Part shown: in pieces, positions 38,821 through 52,111 of the stretch
Layout of the letters: each line of letters opens with the position of its first letter
Position numbering within the stretch: position 1 is the stretch's first letter
Assembly (NCBI RefSeq): GCF_964204645.1
Contig: NC_134033.1
Coordinates: 14,826,655-14,890,654, forward strand
Direction of reading: 5' to 3'
Length of the DNA stretch: 64,000 bases
Source: Tubulanus polymorphus
Lineage: Eukaryota; Animalia; Nemertea
The notes under the pieces: model-generated
The model's database searches: none
The model's input: the letters and a program-made list of their open reading frames with translations, nothing else
Told to the model about the DNA's origin: nothing
Position numbers and translations under genes: made by a program

Positions 38821-40235
38821 TTAATCACCACATCTTTGATCGATTTAATCAAGTAATTTGATAAACTAGTTGCAGGATTTATGATTGAAAGCAGTAGAAC
38901 TGGAATTGATTAATCCTCGTCGTCATCATAAATCATTGAACTGATGCTGTAAAACGCGTCGCCGCATATTTTAGCACTTTTTGCTCTGTCTGTTGATCGA
39001 TTAAATTGCAGTTCATGTAAAATGTCGAAATTTAATTGTTTTTTCTACGGTAAGGAAGTGACGAAGTAATTCCCGATAGTACGTTTTTATTTGCGGTGAA
39101 TTTGACGATTTCCCGCGAGTAATTAACACATTCAGCCGGTTATAAATTCGGCATTCAGCTTCCTACTCAATCAGAGCTAACGGCTAAATGGTTCATGGCG
39201 CAGTCCAAGGATGCATCGATTCCCGGGGTAGTTATACATTTGCGCGTGACATTTGAGACCAGTCCGAGACCAACTCGGTTCCAGACAACCTAATAACTTG
39301 ACACCAGTCTAAGCTCATGTTGGTTTTACATAGCAAATCTTGAAATGAAAGACAGTTTTTGAACTTACGCCGCGACTGTGCAACTGAGCCAATGGAGTTA
39401 AGTCCAAAAGTGGTCTTTTTAGATCTTAAGTTGTTAGATTCGCTATAGAAATAAGATGTTCTTATGAACGAGTATTTTAAGCCACGACGCTTTCGGACTA
39501 AGTCACTATTATGTAATTGAGCCCTGATAGAGTGCTGCGGTTTATCAGTTCCTGGCATAAATAGTCTTGAGCTTCGTCGGTGTTGTTTCAAATGCATTCT
39601 GACGTGGCTCGTTCAGTCCACGACGCTGCGCAGAAGTTGTACAGCAAATACATATGTATTGATGATAGCATGAAATATTGAATAATAGAAGTGAGGAGGA
39701 AGGGAAGAGAGGGGGAAGGGGGGATAGTTCCAAAACAGCAAATAATCGATCGATCGATCGATCGATAACAAATGAACCGGATCAAATAATGTAACTACTA
39801 GCAACATAAGTAACAACATTTGTGAATACACTGCCCGGAACCAGTCAGTCAACAGATTACCGGGAACCAGTCACACAGTGCCGGAAACCAGTCAGCGGTA
39901 GCTCCTTAGAATTTTTTCTTTAAAAGAGAATAATCATAAACGTAATCGCTTCCTTTTTTGTAGATTAGAAGATGACGGCTAAGTTGAACGGTTGTTGATG
40001 AGTGGCTGATTCAGTCCCCGAGCTGCGGAGATTGCAGACTACATGAAGTGACTCTTCCTCGAATTCCTAGGATTTCTCTCACTCCCGCGGTTCGATGAGC
40101 TCTCTTCTAAACTAACGATAATTAGAGTGAAATAATTGAGCTAAATTGATTTCGCCGCAGTGAGAGGTGTTTATAATCCAATCAGAATGTCCATCTAGAA
40201 TATCCGGCTTAAATCATTGACTGATTGCTTCAACA

Positions 40236-40632
40236 TCGCCGCAATATCGGTAAAACCAACATCACTGCCGTATCTGAAACGTTCATCACAACACTAGCAA
40301 CATCAACGCAGAACTGGTGACATCGCCGCAGGACTGTCAACATCACCACAATAACGGTGACGTCACCGCAACACCGGTGACATTGCTAGAACACCAGCAA
40401 CATCACCACAATAACAGTGACGTCAACGCAAGAGCGTCGACATCAGCGCATAACGGTGACGTCACCGCAGGACCATAAACATCGCCGCAATAATGGTGAC
40501 GTCACCGCAGGACCATTGACATCACCGCAATAACTGTGACATCACCGCAAAACCAGTGACATCACCGCAATAACTGTGACGTCACCGCAAAACCAGTGAC
40601 ATCACCGCAATAACAGTGACGTCACCACTGGA
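40236..40632. repeat. 20-bp minisatellite (gtgac(a/g)tcaccgcaataac) just upstream of the UNC93-like ATG
   Basis: 20-bp periodicity; six units carry TGACGTCA. Confidence 0.9.
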
Positions 40633-40718
40633 CCGGTTACAACACGGCCATGTCACATCTAGTTGTCAGTAAAGATATCTAATCTACATCGGTCTAATCG
40701 CTGAATTCTGACGTCACG

Positions 40719-43700
40719 ATGACGACGATATCTCCTCAGTTATCTCCTTGGGACCTGAGCCCTGTTTCATTCGATTTCGGTTTCTATCGACCACGGAGGC
40801 CAAGTTATCTATACGCGACCAGGAGTTCTCGTAGACGTACGTCAAGTTACAGGAACGCTACCAGGGAAGATTCGGACGTTGACCAAGACTCGCAGAATCA
40901 AACGGATGCCGAAGCGGACCCAGATGCGGACGCGGAATCGGACTTCATCGACGGAATCGTCCAAAAACGCCGTAAAGAAAGCTACAAACGAGCGAATAAA
41001 CACGACGATCACGAGGACACGTCTTTAGAACAAATCAAACGTGAAAGTAGTTCATTATTCAACGATACTAGATTCACGAGCGACGGTATGCATCTTAAAC
41101 CCCCTCCGGCCGATCTGAGGGACATGCAGTCGCCCCCTAGCGGCAATAACGGGACATCGAATAGTCAAATAACGATAGCTTTAAACGATAAACCGATCGA
41201 GTCAATAAATACCCGTCTGTCGTACGGGGAAGAGAGCAGCGTGTTCGAGGGGGAGAACGGTCGACATTCAACGCCATCTATTATCATAACCGGAACGACA
41301 GGGGACGCCGTCATCAAACCCTCGAAATGGATTTATCGTAAGAACATGTTCGTCATGTGTGTCAGTTTTATACTAGTTTTCACCGTGTTCAGATCGATTC
41401 AAAATTTACAATCGAGTTTGAATAAAGAAGATAAATTAGGAATAATATCGATGAGTTGCGTGTATACGACGATGTTCCTGACGTGTTTACTGGTGCCTTT
41501 CGTCATCAGCAGACTCGGTTCGAAATGGTCAATTTTACTCGGCATATTATTCTATCATTTCTGGATCGCCGCCAATTTCTACCCGCACTTCTGTACGTTG
41601 ATACCGACGTCCGTGGCGGTGGGATTAGGGCAGAGTTTAGCCTGGACCGGACAAGTCTCATACCTCACTAAACTAGCTACTGATTACACGTACTCCATGA
41701 AGGAGGTCGACGAATACGATATCTATAAGTTCAACGGAATTTTTCTCGCTTGCTTCCAGACAACTCACATCTGGGGAAATCTCGTCTCTTCGTTGATGTT
41801 ACACGTTGTCGCGCAGAATCAGACCACCGCGAGTGGAGCGGTGTTTAATGGCGCTTACGGCAACTATTCCGGTTTAGCTAATCAGACGGTGGTGCCACCT
41901 ACGATAGACCCGTTTCAAAACGATGATTATCAAGCTGATTATTTTAAGCCGCACGAGTATTGTGGAGTTTACGACGATTGTTTAGAAGATGCGCCTCATA
42001 TTCTAGACGCGGTTTCAAAAGGTAAAATATCTCGAGTGGATAACCACCCCGCCCCCGCCCCGTCCCTGGCAGGTGTGGGGCTTTGTAGGGACACCAAGTA
42101 GGCCAGACTATACAGAAATCGAATGAAAAGAAAATATTCGGATGATATAAGATGCAACCGGTCGTATGAGGTAGCCTGGAATTTGTCGTGGGTTTCGTAG
42201 GGATCCACACCAAGTAGATCTAACTATGCAGATATCAAATGAAAAGAAAATATCAAAATGATATGATGCCACCGGTAGCCTGGAGGTAATGGTTGCCTCG
42301 TCGGCCTCAATGATTCTGAAGTAGAGTGATTGTGGCCTCATCTGGACTGAACTCCTCAACTGTATAGAGGTAGAGGTGAATGACCTCCCCAGCTGTATGA
42401 GGTAGGATGACTGACCTCCTCAGTTGTATAGGACCTCCTCAGCTGTATAATGCTGGGTGACCTCCTCAGCTGTATAAGGGAGGGACCTCCACAGTTGTAC
42501 AGGGGTACACGAGGGTGGCTAGAACTCTTTGGAGGTCGGGTGAATGACCCCCACAGCTGAATAGAGGTACTAGGTTGGGTTGACTGACCTCATCAGCTGC
42601 ATAAGGTAAACGAGCGACCTCCTCAGCTGTGTAGAGGTAGGTTGAATGACCTCCTCGACTGTATGAGATAGGCGAGTGACCTCCTCAGCTGTATGAGGCA
42701 GGGTAACTGACCTCCTCAACTGTTTGCCGTGGTTACTCCCCGAGTATGTATTTTGTATATCGTTATTCCAGACACGCGATTCAGCCAATATCTATTCAAA
42801 GATAGCCACTAGTTACAGATACAACCATTACCCTCCTGTTTTATAGCCATTTTATCAATCTTTTCTCGGTGACTTTCTGTCGTTCTTAGATCACAATTTA
42901 TATCGTTTAATCTCGCGGTTCCCGCTACCGTAACCCTTCTAATAATTTACGACCGCTACATCGTGTCTAACGGGGGTGATTGGGGGAGTTGTGGGCTCGC
43001 GCAATAAAAGCGAAATTGAAACGCAAAAGGAATTGAGATTATTTGAAAGATAATTGTAACACAGAACTTATTCGATAGTAAAAACTTGGCAAAAGTTTGA
43101 AGGATTGCGACAGGTTTGGGTGCATAATCTTTTAGAGTGATTACTGTAATATTCGGTAACTGCGGTAATGATAGGGGGCGGGGTTTCTGTATTTTGAGCA
43201 TGCCAATCACGTAATATAGCAATCTAGCGACATCCCTAAGGTTCCCGGATATGTCACCGTTAATTATGTGGAACAATCTGTTTTACCAGAAAACATCGTT
43301 TGCTCGACCAGTTTTGACACCAAGGCCTTCAAAATAAGATAAATTATGCCGCGCAATCCATTCTGCGTCTCACGACTTTAGATACCTATAATATTCAACT
43401 CAGCACGCCTCATTCATTCCATCACGGGTTCTTCCAATCTATCATCGTCCACTCGTCACTAATTGTGTTCAGAACTTCACCTGAGACATTTCTTTTATTG
43501 AAAATGAACTACAAACACCAGGCATTAGACATTTTATCGGCACACTTTCAAAAACTGATCGTCTAAACTTCACATGTGTTCAGTGCTTCACCTGGGACAT
43601 TTTTTTATTGTAAATGAACAACTAACTCCAGACATTAGACATTTTATCAGCACACTTTCAATAACTGATCCTCCGCACTTTACACTAATAAGTCGCATGT

Positions 43701-46700
43701 CTGAAGGGGTCCCAAGCTGCAGTTTGTTACGCCTTACGCTTGAATAATATCCCCAACATGGATGCATACATTATCTCCATGCATCCGGTTAAAGAAGTTC
43801 GATTTTTTTGAATGAAATTGACCAAAGTTTTATCGAACTTTGTTTTTCTTTCAGCTTTAACTTTAGCGCCGAATTCCGTGATAAAACTAATGGCGGCACA
43901 TCTCGTGTTAGCGTTCGCTGGATTCCTATTATTGTTGCTGTTCCTCGATAGAATCGGCGCTAAAGGCGACGTCGAAATGCCCATCAAACAGGTAAATAAA
44001 CAGAGAGCTTGGATCGCTGAACCATCAGAACTGGATTCAGCCATACAGTGGAGCCTCGTTACAACCAACTCAACGGGACCAGATAATGTATTCGCTATAA
44101 CCGATAGTTCGTAATATCCAATACGAAAATAATGAAAGTTCCTTACTTGGGCCACAAATTCATATTTGTTGTACCCGAGCTCGTTATAACGAGGTTTCAT
44201 CGTATTACCGACGTACAGTTAAACTACTGCTCCCAAACTTTCCGAAGCCTAGTAAAGTTTCACCAAGAACCTTAGTGTCTGATGTAGCACAGAGGTGGGT
44301 GGACCAGGATCGTAGATCACCGTGGAGACGGCCACACTACAATTTCAATTTCAATTTCAATTTATTCATCATAAATCCAGAGTATAAGATTGTGAATGAA
44401 GAAAACAACAATAACAACAAACAGACAAAAAACAAAAATGTGTGACACAAAGACTGGATAAAAGTAAAGTGGGAACGTGTTGTATTCCTTTTGATGTCAT
44501 CTGTATCAAAAAAATGTAGGGTGAATGTCGAAGAATATATCGGATATAAAGTAGAATCAGCTTGGAACAAACAAAATTCATCTGGTTTACGGATTAAAAG
44601 TCATTTTCTTGTATATTAATGAACAAATGGACCGCAAATATTGTCCGGATTAGACCGAAATCCGGATTAAGCCAATCCGGATTAAGCGGGTTTGATTGCA
44701 CCAATTATCCGATATACCGATTCTACGCCAGTAACATTAGAAATGGGGATCATGCAGTTTTATTCTTGCTTCATGACTAAACATAGGGCGAGCGACAAGC
44801 TCAATATTCCGCCGTCCCGTCCTCGTCGAATAATCGAATTAAGATAAGATATGAACTTCTGTCAAAGATGAACCGCGTGACGTCACAAATCGTCTGCTGA
44901 TATTCTGCGCCGACCAGACGACAGTAACACTCAAACATACGCAGGACGTGCTGTGAATTCTCATTCAGGATTCATCGGTCTCTTGTCTCCGATACACCAT
45001 CTGCGTATCCCCCTGAACTAATAGTCGCGATCAGACGGGGACGATTTGTTCCGGATCAGACTCGATCCAGACCAGGCCCGAGTCAGCGTGTCTAACTTCA
45101 CGCATTTATCACTCGCTATATTACGATAGAACGATGCTGTGGCAAGCGAGGCGAATCACTTCCAGAACGAAGCATTCACACGACATAATCTGACCAATAC
45201 TATCAAATTTAGCAGGGGCCTGGTCCGATGTTTTAGGCCGGGCCTGCCGTGAACGGTTGGCCCGTACCTAATCTGGCGCGGGTTAAAAACGACCAGGCGT
45301 GATCGCGGCGCATGTATCCCTGATATTCGTTTAATACCTGTATTCCCAAAATCGCTTTCGTCTGATCTTTTATTCTCCCTTTCGATCTTCTTTCATTACT
45401 GATATTATCTGCTAGCGTTATTAAGTACAGTTGAGTCATGTAGAAGGTTTTATGGCGGTTACTGCTTAAGAGATTTGAATCGGGGATAATATTTCGATAC
45501 GTCATTAGAGACGCCTTGCAGACAGTCAAGTAAAGAATGGCGCGAATTCGTCATAAGCAATAGACAGGCGGAACCGATGTGTTTATAACCTGAAGCGACC
45601 TCTAGTGAATGAGGTTGATTCAATATCAGTAGTTTCCTCGTTTCAAAGCTCATCCGTCGATATATTCAATTAAGTACCTATTCTCTGTACTGAAACGTAG
45701 CCGCAGTATATCGATCCCCACGAGTTGTATATCCAGAAAAAAAGAAGATATTCCTCGACTGTCAAATAAATTGAATAAACTTCGTCACGAATGAGAATAG
45801 GATTAATGAGTGTCGTCTTTTATCGCTGTCTTCTGCTGTCTAACCGCTGTCTACTGCCGCTATTAGCTGCTATTGCACCTATCGCTCCCTAATCATATCA
45901 CGAACACGTGAAAAAAAATGTCGGTGAAACGAAATAAGCAATTAACCCGGAGATATTTTCATTGAATTGTTTATTTTGCAGATGGTTTGTCAGAATCTGG
46001 CGCAAATGATTAAAGATAGGACATTCCGGTTATTGATACCGCTATTGGTGTTTAACGGATTTGAACAAGGCTTTCTCTATTCCGACTTCAACAAGGTCAG
46101 TAATGTGCGGTCCGTATTGTGGTCAGTAGTGTGTGGTCATGGTGTCTGTATTGTGATCTGTATGATTTCTGTATAATGGTTGGTAGTTTGTGGTCAGTAG
46201 CCTTAAGATGTAAATAGTGTGATTAGTTTTAATCGACGTTTGGGAGACATTGCTCGGTAGGCCTCTGGGTCCACAACGCAGCGACTGTTCTACAAGAAAC
46301 TCATTCAGTATAACTTGTCATTGTGGAGCCCATGGGTGTACCTTAGTCGTTTGGGCAAAACTCTCCGGCCTCCCTGCCTATCTGTATTGTGGTGTCTGAA
46401 TTGTGGTGTATGTATCCTGGTGTCTGTATTGTGGTTTCTGCACTGTGGTGTCTGTATTGTGGTGTCTGTATTGTGGTGTCTGTATCGTGGTGTCTGTATC
46501 GTGGTGTCTGTATTGTGGTGTCTGTATTGTGGTGTCTGAATTGTGGAGTATGTATCGTGGTGTCTGTATTGTGGTGTCTGAATTGTGGTGTATGTATCAT
46601 GGTGTCTGTATTGTGGTGTCTGTATTGTGGTGTCTGTATTGTGGTGTCTGTACTGTGGTCTCTGTATCGTGGTGTCTGTATTGTGGTTGATAGTATGTGA

Positions 46701-48509
46701 CCTGCAGTATAGTGCGTAATGGTCATGGCGAGTGGTACCGCTGTGTGGTCAGTTACGTGAATATCGCTGTCGGGGCTGCAGTGTCTGTCCGTCCGTCTGC
46801 GGTGCGGTATGTCACTGTAAGGTGACAGTTGCAATTTGACCAGATATCAATTGACCAATCAATTATAACACGACAGATCGTCGTTGTGCACAGCTCAGTA
46901 AGAACGGGAGATGGAGCGTTCTATGATGTGGACACCGCAGCCGCGTGTAACGGTGGATATTTGATTATATTGATTGATTACTGGGTAGAACTCGCACTGG
47001 TAACAGAAATCACGTAAAATCCTGTTAACATATATGCAATATGTAGATTGGATTATATGCGGCCGAACTTATTTAAGAGGGTGGTAGTCTGCGCGCATTC
47101 CGCTTAATATCTCTCGGGAATCGACCACTTTAAAACGTCATTATTTTTTGTTAGATCCGTTCGGGATTAGAGAAATGTTTCCTCCCTATGTGTGAATTGG
47201 ATACTATTTGCCGAGATCAATATCCATTAGTGAATAGGGGACAATGCATCCAGTCTCCAGTGAAAAGAGATACGGCCGGGATGCATCTAGCTCACTGCTG
47301 CTGATGATGTTTTTTTTTCGCTGTTTGAAAGAGAAATAAGACAATGTCGATAGATTAAATGCGTTGTCACAAACCGACTATCAGTGTTTATATTGTCTCT
47401 CTTTGATTCACGCACACACGCTACAACTATTGGTCCAATGTTTACACTGCGCTGACTGTGCAGCCGTTCTCGGGTATCTCCACCGACGGTTGCTCGGTTT
47501 TATTCCACCAGCGGTCAATAATAGATAATACCCTTCCCTCTGGATCTCTCGGTAAGGCTAAAAAATTGATAACCCTGTTTCTTCTTTTTGCTGAGCTTAA
47601 CAACTGACCTCCAGCCGCCTGGACCCTTTACAATACAATTTCTAAATCGTGACTCAAGAACCCCTAACAGGCCCGACATGTAGAAATAAACTGATTACAA
47701 ATTTTATTGCGGTTTACAAAAGTGACCCGGCCGATTAAGAGAAACAAGGTATCAATTTTCTAGCCTAAAAATAAATCAATGTCCGTGTGCCACATGGTTA
47801 ATCAGCGCGCCATCTTTTTTCGTATATTGCAGTCGTTTGTCACCTGTCCGCTGGGTATAGAATATATCGGCTACACGATGATAACCCTCGGCGCGTCTAA
47901 CGTACTCAGCTCGATGACTGTTGGAATAGTGGCGAAGCGCATGCCCAGAGAAGTGATTATAGGCATAGCGGGAATTATACAGATTGGCCTTTCAGTATTT
48001 CTACTGATTCTCATACCCAAACAGAGCTTCATGCCGATTATATTCATTTCAGCCGCTCTGTGGGGAGTCTGCGACGCCGTATGGCAGACTCAGTGTAATG
48101 GTAAGTGCATATAGTTGTTGCAAAATAAAATCGTAAATCGTAAATCGTAAATCTAACAGTGACGTAGACGACATCATATCATTGCGACAACCTCCCTAGT
48201 AATGGAGAATAAAGATGATATCTTATCATATCTTATCTAATCTTACGTTTTGTTTCTATATTTTCAGTATTGATCACATTAAGTTGCCCGGAAGACCACG
48301 ACATTGCATTCACTAACTTCCGGTTATTGCAAGCTTTTGGCGCCGCCCTAGCGTTCGGTTTAGGAACTGTATTATGTATGGCTACTAAGATGTATATATT
48401 GATTTGTTTACTGGTTTGTAGCATGATGTTTTACGCAATTGCTGAATATAGAATTAAACAGGCCAATAGACCAGACGATGATGACGTCATACACCCCGAT
48501 ATGACGTAG
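40719..48509 (+). CDS. UNC93-like MFS membrane protein with long disordered N-terminus; exons 40719-42021, 43855-43991, 45982-46095, 47833-48100, 48268-48509
   Basis: KN..V..SF.LVFT.F.SIQNLQSSLN, LGSKW, ANFYP, TLIP, WTGQ.SYLT, FQTTHIWGNLVSS, LLIPL..FNGFEQGF...DF.KSFVTCPLG, LWGVCDAVWQTQ, AFTNFRLLQAFG are UNC93A-family motifs. Confidence 0.92.
42335..42725. repeat. Intronic minisatellite (tgacctcctcagctgta..)
   Basis: About 30-bp units with a conserved core. Confidence 0.88.
43468..43685. repeat. Dispersed repeat in two tandem units; related copies at about 49370-49585
   Basis: Shared ttagacattttatcagcacactttca...tgatcgtcc...acttcac motif at both loci. Confidence 0.75.
46381..46688. repeat. 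14-bp minisatellite (tgtggtgtctgtat)
   Basis: About 22 tandem units in an UNC93-like intron. Confidence 0.95.
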
Positions 48510-49119
48510 AATATAGGAATCAAAGTGATTTCATTACGCCTCCTATCGCCTATATGGGTATATGATAACTGTGTGCTCAAAGAGTGACTTGTTTAGAAAA
48601 TTTTATTCAGCGTAGAATTTTTATTACGGTCGCTGGCGATCTTTTAGTGTATGGAAATATTTCGTCAGATGATTAGAAAGCTAAGGCATTAGGTTAGAGG
48701 TCAATTTCTTATGTAGACTTTCGAATTCTTTTGGATTGTAAGACGTATTTAGGTTAATAACAAAACTCAAAATTGATCAGCCTGTTTTACTCATTGTAAG
48801 GTACATGTATAATGTATAGGTTTCAGTGCCGTGTATTTACGTTTTTCATTGTTAATTCGCTTTAATATACAAAAATAAATCCATGTATTCAACATCTAAA
48901 AATCGTTTTGTTTATCAATGTATCAAGTGCAGTCAATTCACATGTAACTTACTTTGATAGGGTTCGAACCCGGGACATACACTCGAAGCTAACGACACTT
49001 ATTTATTGAAACAACTAGGACACAAATTGGTAATTGTTTCAGAATTGTGTCAATAATTAGAAAAACGATAAACTGAATGTCAATAAACAGATTATATAAA
49101 CATAGCGACGCGGTGTACA

Positions 49120-51196
49120 ATGGAGCTGCTAGGTTTTATGCGACAGTTTCTGCTCGTGATTCTGATTACTGGCGGATACTCGACAAATGCAGGTAAACTT
49201 TACCCGGGAGGCTTCTTAGATTAATCAACATATTTAAAAATCAAAACTGTTAGATTGGCAAAAGTAATTTATAATGCGTAAGACTCGGGTACGCTTCTGT
49301 ATTATCCGACATTTTATTACAATTCTTCCAATTCGAGACCCCAACCCCGAATATGTGAAAATGAAACCAGTAATTAGACATTTTATCAGCGCACTTTCAG
49401 AGACAGATCGTCCAGAACTTCATCTGAGACATTTTGATAGGGAAATGAGCTACAAACATCAGACATAAGACATTTTATCAGTACACTTTCAAAAACTTAT
49501 CGTCCACACTTCACATGTGTTCACAAAACTTCATCTTCGAATGGGACATTTTTGATTGAGAAAATGGAACAACAAACACCAGATATCACCATCTGAATGG
49601 TTCACGACTACAGATTTATATCAGCATAAGATGATATTTCTACTGCACAAAACACCAATAGTTTTATTCTAATTTTCTGTTAGATGGATGTTCGTCTGGT
49701 TGGGAAAGTCACAGCTCAAATTGTTACCTTTTCAATGATACGAAAATCGCGTACAAAGAAGCTGAATCAAAATGTCGCAAATTGGGCGCATACGTCGTAA
49801 ATATAAACGATAGATCCGAGTGGAGATTTATCACAGGTGTTCTTAAATCAAAAGGAAATGGTCTAAATCGAAACTACTGGACAGGCGGATATAGGATCAA
49901 TCTAGGCTGGAGGTGGAGCCACCAGACGGTCTCGCTCAATTCGACTGCTATACGGCGTAAGTTCTTAACATAAATCCGCACATAAGTATATCTTAGTCCC
50001 CAAATGTATTAAAACTTGAACTGATTCCATTCAGCGGCACCATACTTGAAGATATCTCCGGGAAGTACGGTGGCTCAAGAGGGTGATTATCTAACGCTGA
50101 CTAAACTATCAGGACGTTCGGAGGATTCGTGGTGGATGAAAGTGGGCAATAGAGAAAATGTCAACACATTTATTTGCGAAGTAATTCCGAATCGTCGAGG
50201 AGGACGAGGTAAGTTAACCGTCTCAAAATCAACCCGGTTTCCATCATCCTGCCTCAACCGGGAGTCGAACCCGATGGATAGCATGATCGCGAGACTCGGC
50301 CACGGCACGAAACCTTGGCTCTAGTGCGCAGATACATTATTCTAAAGGTATCCGCTACTTAAGTAATTTTACACAACCGGATATCTGATAGATGTCGCAC
50401 GCTTTCTCCATGTCATCGTAGCCCTTGAAATTTTTCAAAATTTTCTGGGGGAGGACCCCAGACCCCGGAAGGCACGTCGTATTGCACTCGGTTGCCGAAA
50501 TGCGGTAGTCATATTATGCCTCTGGATCCGCCACTAATGCCATCAGGTTCGAATCCCTACCGGGGGAGATGTGGGTTCCATTCTGAAACGACTTTCCTAT
50601 TTCTCACATCTTTTGTTATATCTGTAGTCTGTCCCTACAGCTATGATTTAGTTGGTTCTTCGTGTTATCGTCAAATAACTAAAACCTGGGCGATTTGGGA
50701 AGCGTTGAGATTCTGTTCGGACGATGCTGCTCACTTGTTAGCCATCGACAATCAACAGGAGATGACGTCATTATCGACGTACCTCGATAGCCGCCATATT
50801 GAATCGGATATTTGGATCGGAGGAATATACACTTCCGGTATATGGGTTTGGCATAAAGATTACCTTCAATTCTTAGGTAATGAGGAATTCTAAAATCGCT
50901 GATATTCAGCTTAAATTGAATTTAGGCGTCATCAACATTGGTTATTCTTAAAACAGGTAACCCACATCAGTTTAAAGCCTGGGCTTTGGGCCAACCAGAT
51001 AATTGGCGCGGTTCGGAAACTCGAATCGTTCTCAAAGGTACAACATATAAATACTGGTACTGGCACGATTCACCAGAGGGCGCAGTATATGGTTATATCT
51101 GTGAGAAGCAGCAGGTAGGTTTCCGAATTGTTCATGATTTACTGTCCGAACTATACTCGTCGTTGAATTAAAATCGTATTCTCGTTTCAGCTCTGA
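49120..51196 (+). CDS. Secreted protein with two C-type lectin domains; exons 49120-49192, 49684-49956, 50035-50208, 50628-50876, 50957-51114, 51191-51196
   Basis: Signal peptide; CSSGW...CYLF...EAESKC...YWTGG...WRW...FICE; CPYSY...CYR...EALRFC...LLAID...IWIGG...W..GQPDN...WHD...YICE. Confidence 0.88.
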
Positions 51197-52111
51197 TTAA
51201 CAGGAAAGTAACAGGAGAGTCTATTAACGCTGAATTGTTTATCAATAAAATCATGTATTTACGAGATAATAAATGCGAATTTGATTATCAAGAAATCGTT
51301 CTTCAGTAAATGGAGCGATCTGATAAAGATATCGTACTCTACCCGTCAAGTAATCTTCTAGCGGATAAAATCTGGAATCGTAGTAATCGAAATACCTTAA
51401 TTTTTAATAGAGCACCCGCAAGTCCTTCACCTCCTACGCGTTTATACAGAATGACAGCTCTTTTTGAATTATCCATAATGTAAATTTAAGAAACACTTCT
51501 CGCGCCGAATTCATATCAGCATTATATATTTATTCGCGCTAGTTTTTCTTTATAAGTGTTTATCTCTTTTTGATATGGTTTTATTTGACACTTCAACCTG
51601 TCTCGCAGATATAAAATTAAAGTACCCCGCTGTACGCGGTGTCACTGTTTTGTGGGGCGTTGCTTGTTTTACAACAAGAGAGCGTCTACTCCAAAAACTT
51701 TCTCACTTGCTCTCGCCGGGATTCAGCATCAAAGGTAAATTCATAGTTTTCATATCTGTATTCATCATATTTTTTCAAACTGAAAATTCAGTTGGTAACG
51801 ACCTCAAGAAATCATTGAATTTATGATTTTTTAAGTTTTAATAGTCAATGCTCAACTACACATTACTGATTAAATGGTTAAGAAAAGTTAAGCACACGTC
51901 AAAGAAATGGTTTTTCTTTGCCGCGTGCTTTGGTCATCCCATTTGGCAAAGCTTTATTTTAAACTAACTTTTTGCAAACCAAGTTTTCTGCTTTGACATA
52001 TTTGTTGGGCTTTATGAGTGTTCTGTTACCGGTATGGGTAGGTTAAATGCTGTAGATGACTGTGCAAAATCCTTTCAGCATTTCTAAGATAGATATGTGG
52101 TACATTTTCAG

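Noticed and set aside
38500-38856. His/Ser/Thr-rich ORF
   Set aside because: Translation of a C-rich minisatellite with no splice or domain support.
46315-46834. Cys/Val/Trp-rich and His/Thr-rich ORFs
   Set aside because: Translations of the 14-bp intronic minisatellite.
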